Of a stretch of 32,000 nucleotides of DNA, positions 30,250-32,000 are shown piece by piece. How positions within the stretch are numbered: the stretch's first letter is position 1; each line of letters starts with the position of its first letter. Below the pieces are notes generated by a model. It searched no databases. It saw only the letters and a list, made by a program, of their open reading frames with translations, and was not told where the DNA came from. The translations under genes and the position numbers were made by a program. Source of the DNA: Erysipelotrichaceae bacterium MTC7 (GTDB taxonomy: Bacteria > Bacillota_I > Bacilli_A > Erysipelotrichales > Erysipelotrichaceae); contig LVZN01000002.1 of NCBI GenBank assembly GCA_001695645.1, forward strand, positions 1 through 32,000. The letters are read 5' to 3'.

Positions 30250-31402
30250 CGAAAACCTCGCAGCTCTGAACAAAATAGGAGACAACGATCTGGCAGTAGA
30301 TATCGTCCTGCAGGGTAACGCGGTGTATCTTCCCCGCAATCTCGTTAAATATCTCCAGGCGTGACTTATTTGCCTTTTTCAGTCTTTTATAAAAAGCGTG
30401 GATCTGATCCTGTATCTCATCGTAGTCGATTTCTCCGCGCTTATCCAGGTTCATCATGATTTCCCTGATCCGAGGATAGTAGGTCGTGACGTACCCGTTC
30501 ACGGCTATGTATAACGCCATGTCCTGTGTGGGACTCAGTTTCTGTTTGATCTCTTTCGGGTCAAGGGAAGCTCCAACAAGCTCTTTTTCTCCGAGCTTTT
30601 TGACCTTCTTGATTACGCCCACGATGCCTTTTTCAAGCGGAAGGTCATCCAGCAAGTGGACGCTCTGCTTATGCGTGGACAGGATGTTCTTTATCTCTTT
30701 CAGTTCTTTGGACAGTTTCTTGCTGTCATCCAGAAGATATGTAGCGTAGCACTGCGGACACATCGCCATCAGGTTATCCGGCGTGGCGGGTTTCTGTTTG
30801 TCTATCAGGCTTACCTCGTATGTATGAACCGCTTTGCCTCTATTGGTGATGGTCAGTTGTCTGCCGCAGCCGGGAAACGGGCAGTAACCGTCCGTTTCTC
30901 CAAGAAGGTAATCCCCATATCTGATTTTTAGGTCTGATGCAAGCTGTTGTTGCTGCTGTTTCTGCAAAGCGTCCTGCGGAACAAGTCCGGCAGACTCCTG
31001 GACGATCTCAACCATCCAGCCGGAAATGGTGTCTGCGACATTATCCGCATCAAGCGTTGGGTCATAACCCTTCAAATCGTCAGCAAGGAGGCTCCGGGAA
31101 GTGTCACTGTGTTCGTTGATCCGCTCGACCATAACCTCCGGCGTAAGCCTGTACACGATGGAGCCTGCCAGTTTCTTTGGCAGCTTTCTTTTTGTGTAAC
31201 TGCGGATCGTCTCATCACTCAGCTTAACAGACGGGTCTTTCCCGGTTCCCCACTCATCCTCGTTCACAGTCGTTATCATCGCCATAAGCTCGCGGAAGAA
31301 GTACGGAACATCGTCGCCATCGGCTAAATGCTTTTTCATGATAGGAAACAGCGTTTTAAATTCCACGTTGGCCTGACACTCCTTTACCAAGATTTGCACC
31401 AC
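30233..31402 (-). CDS. Effector-like protein with a Cys4/HNH-like motif
   Basis: 389-aa ORF. CPFPGCGRQL...HTYEVSLID...DNLMAMCPQCY resembles a zinc-ribbon-framed HNH. Start uncertain: GTG at 31402, GTG at 31366 after AAGGAG, or ATG at 31339. Confidence 0.72.
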   Translation of the reverse strand: MVQILVKECQANVEFKTLFPIMKKHLADGDDVPYFFRELMAMITTVNEDEWGTGKDPSVKLSDETIRSYTKRKLPKKLAGSIVYRLTPEVMVERINEHSDTSRSLLADDLKGYDPTLDADNVADTISGWMVEIVQESAGLVPQDALQKQQQQQLASDLKIRYGDYLLGETDGYCPFPGCGRQLTITNRGKAVHTYEVSLIDKQKPATPDNLMAMCPQCYATYLLDDSKKLSKELKEIKNILSTHKQSVHLLDDLPLEKGIVGVIKKVKKLGEKELVGASLDPKEIKQKLSPTQDMALYIAVNGYVTTYYPRIREIMMNLDKRGEIDYDEIQDQIHAFYKRLKKANKSRLEIFNEIAGKIHRVTLQDDIYCQIVVSYFVQSCEVFDAITE

Positions 31403-31424
31403 GACGCACCACGATGCACCAAAC
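31395..31424 (-). repeat. Three tandem 10-bp repeats at the 5' edge of the operon
   Basis: The plus strand reads TGCACCACGA CGCACCACGA TGCACCAAAC. The minus strand reads TGGTGCATCG TGGTGCGTCG TGGTGCA. Confidence 0.6.
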
Positions 31425-32000
31425 CATCCCCAGATCGAGAGGTCTCATTTTCTATAATGAAAACGACTTCTGAAACGACAGTGGGTGGGTCAAAAGACAC
31501 CAAAGATAGTATACCACAAATGAGTTCAAATGTCAAATAAATTATTTGCGAAAAGGACGCAGCAAGATCATGAACAGGAATACTGAGAAAATCACGGTGC
31601 GTGGACTTCAGTTTCCAATCTCTCGTGCGCTACCTGTGAACAGAAAAATTTCGCAGGAGGTTAAAAATCCGCTGATTTTCTTTGACTGTGACTTGAGGAC
31701 TAAGAATTTTTCAGAAGAGTCCGCTCAAACCGGCAGTTCATCTCCAGTGGATAGTGAGGGGGTTGAATTTTTCGGCAGGAAGTAGAAGGAAACCGTCAGA
31801 TTTACCCTTCTCCCAAGGCTACCTGATAGGAGCCACACAAACAAGGTAAAAGGCGGGCGACCGCTTTTACATAACAAAATATTTCAATGCCTGATTACGT
31901 ATAAGGGCAAAGGATACATATATCGGACAAGCTGCTGCGGCGGCGAAAGTGCGATATGGAGTACCCTTTCTTCCTTATACCCTTTTGCAGGCAAGTAAGG

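Noticed and set aside
31546-31785. 79-aa plus-strand ORF upstream of the ABC-3C-like operon.
   Set aside because: It has a TTG start without an SD, the internal ATG at 31570 has only a weak SD, and there are no motifs. The evidence is too thin to call a gene.

Overview
The window is a mosaic. A visibly GC-rich integrative conjugative element (ICE) of about 25.5 kb spans roughly 1150-26650, with nearly all genes on the minus strand. Its backbone runs ParB-like, DUF4406-like, ardA (frameshifted), PcfB, VirD4/TraG, Maff2, VirB6-like, three DNA methyltransferases, PrgI-like, VirB4, NlpC/P60, DUF4315, DUF4366, Cys-rich VLP, MobC, relaxase, sigma-like regulator and a terminal large serine recombinase. 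A low-GC cargo segment (about 4000-7650) sits inside it and carries a marR-cfr-like operon, with the Cfr-family radical-SAM rRNA methyltransferase fused in frame to a Cys-rich KTR domain, plus a 1.38-kb IS with 14-bp inverted repeats. The low-GC left flank holds a truncated serine recombinase fragment, a 21-bp-phased TGACAACA repeat array, a consensus promoter and an XRE gene. The low-GC right flank holds a 5'-truncated RlmN/Cfr-family gene, a PHP-domain fragment and a four-gene overlapping operon that looks like an ABC-three-component (ABC-3C) conflict system: HNH-like effector, small middle component, coiled-coil ABC ATPase and HTH. The most unusual signal is a roughly 25-bp palindrome, A-C-Y-TCTGGACA-(AAG/CTT)-TGTCCAGA-R-G-T. 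It occurs 14 times, only in the ICE backbone, mostly abutting stop codons or lying in frame in the terminal or disordered parts of five genes, and it has no stop codon in any of its six frames. All product calls rest on my recognition of motifs in the supplied translations. No database search was run.
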